DNA of 33,881 nucleotides from a virus (lineage: Duplodnaviria > Caudoviricetes). The stretch covers positions 1 to 33,881 of IMG/VR virus record IMGVR_UViG_3300011335_000500, one strand, 5' to 3'. Shown here in pieces: positions 33,745-33,881 of this stretch (positions are counted from its first letter, which is position 1; every line of letters begins with the position of its first letter). Made by a program: the position numbers and the translations under genes. The notes below the pieces were generated by a model that saw nothing but the letters and a program-made list of their open reading frames with translations, had not been told where the DNA came from and ran no database searches.

Positions 33745-33881
33745 GGACACTATGACAAAAAATACAGAATTTATTTTTGATTATGAGGTTGGCGATAAAA
33801 CTTTTCGCTTAGACGCGTTGCTTATTTTGGCTGAACTTGCCATCAACAACAATCACGAAAACCCGACAACGGAACACATGA
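33624..33881. repeat. Terminal direct repeat, right copy
   Basis: Matches 1-258 with two mismatches; includes the 5' part of the chaperone gene (33752-33881). Confidence 0.97.

Noticed and set aside
33624-33881. 258-bp repeat as a true virion terminal repeat or attL/attR
   Set aside because: It begins and ends mid-gene in the tail module, with no host flanks or integrase; it is best explained as an assembly overlap of a circularly permuted genome
1-33881. Alternative genetic code, tRNA/rRNA genes, introns or inteins
   Set aside because: Genes tile densely under code 11; no cloverleaf was recognised in the short intergenic gaps; TerL and MCP are of ordinary length

Overview
The window is a complete, circularly permuted ~33.6 kb tailed-phage genome (Caudoviricetes). 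Bases 1-258 recur at 33624-33881, giving a unit length of 33,623 bp. A short leftward operon (10754-12513, including a secreted lysozyme-like enzyme) and a long rightward unit diverge from a symmetric control region at about 12.55-12.75 kb. The rightward genes run as follows: a RecT/Redbeta-like annealing protein, Gp157, a C5 DNA methyltransferase with a nested alternative-frame partner ORF, a DUF1376-type replication initiator with internal iterons, RusA, membrane/lysis and fibre genes, TerS/TerL, a Mu-like head module (DUF935 portal, MuF, protease-scaffold, cement, MCP, gp36, gpG), then tail genes with a GGGAAAC -1 frameshift chaperone. I recognised no integrase, repressor, transposase, polymerase, tRNA or CRISPR. 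GACC-type Cys-rich repeats tentatively suggest a planctomycete (Phycisphaerae-like) host. The most striking feature lies in the head module. Two ORFs between MuF and the prohead protease are strings of unrelated ~60-120 aa modules joined by a repeated basic-Phe linker ((S/A)RTGxKxKF|A, EDKAYF|A/D). Similar sites precede an extra Zn-binding domain on the portal and a 13-aa near-copy of the MCP N-terminus inside the protease. This suggests a protease-processed, recombination-shuffled capsid-cargo polyprotein system. All family assignments come from motif recognition by eye, not database searches.
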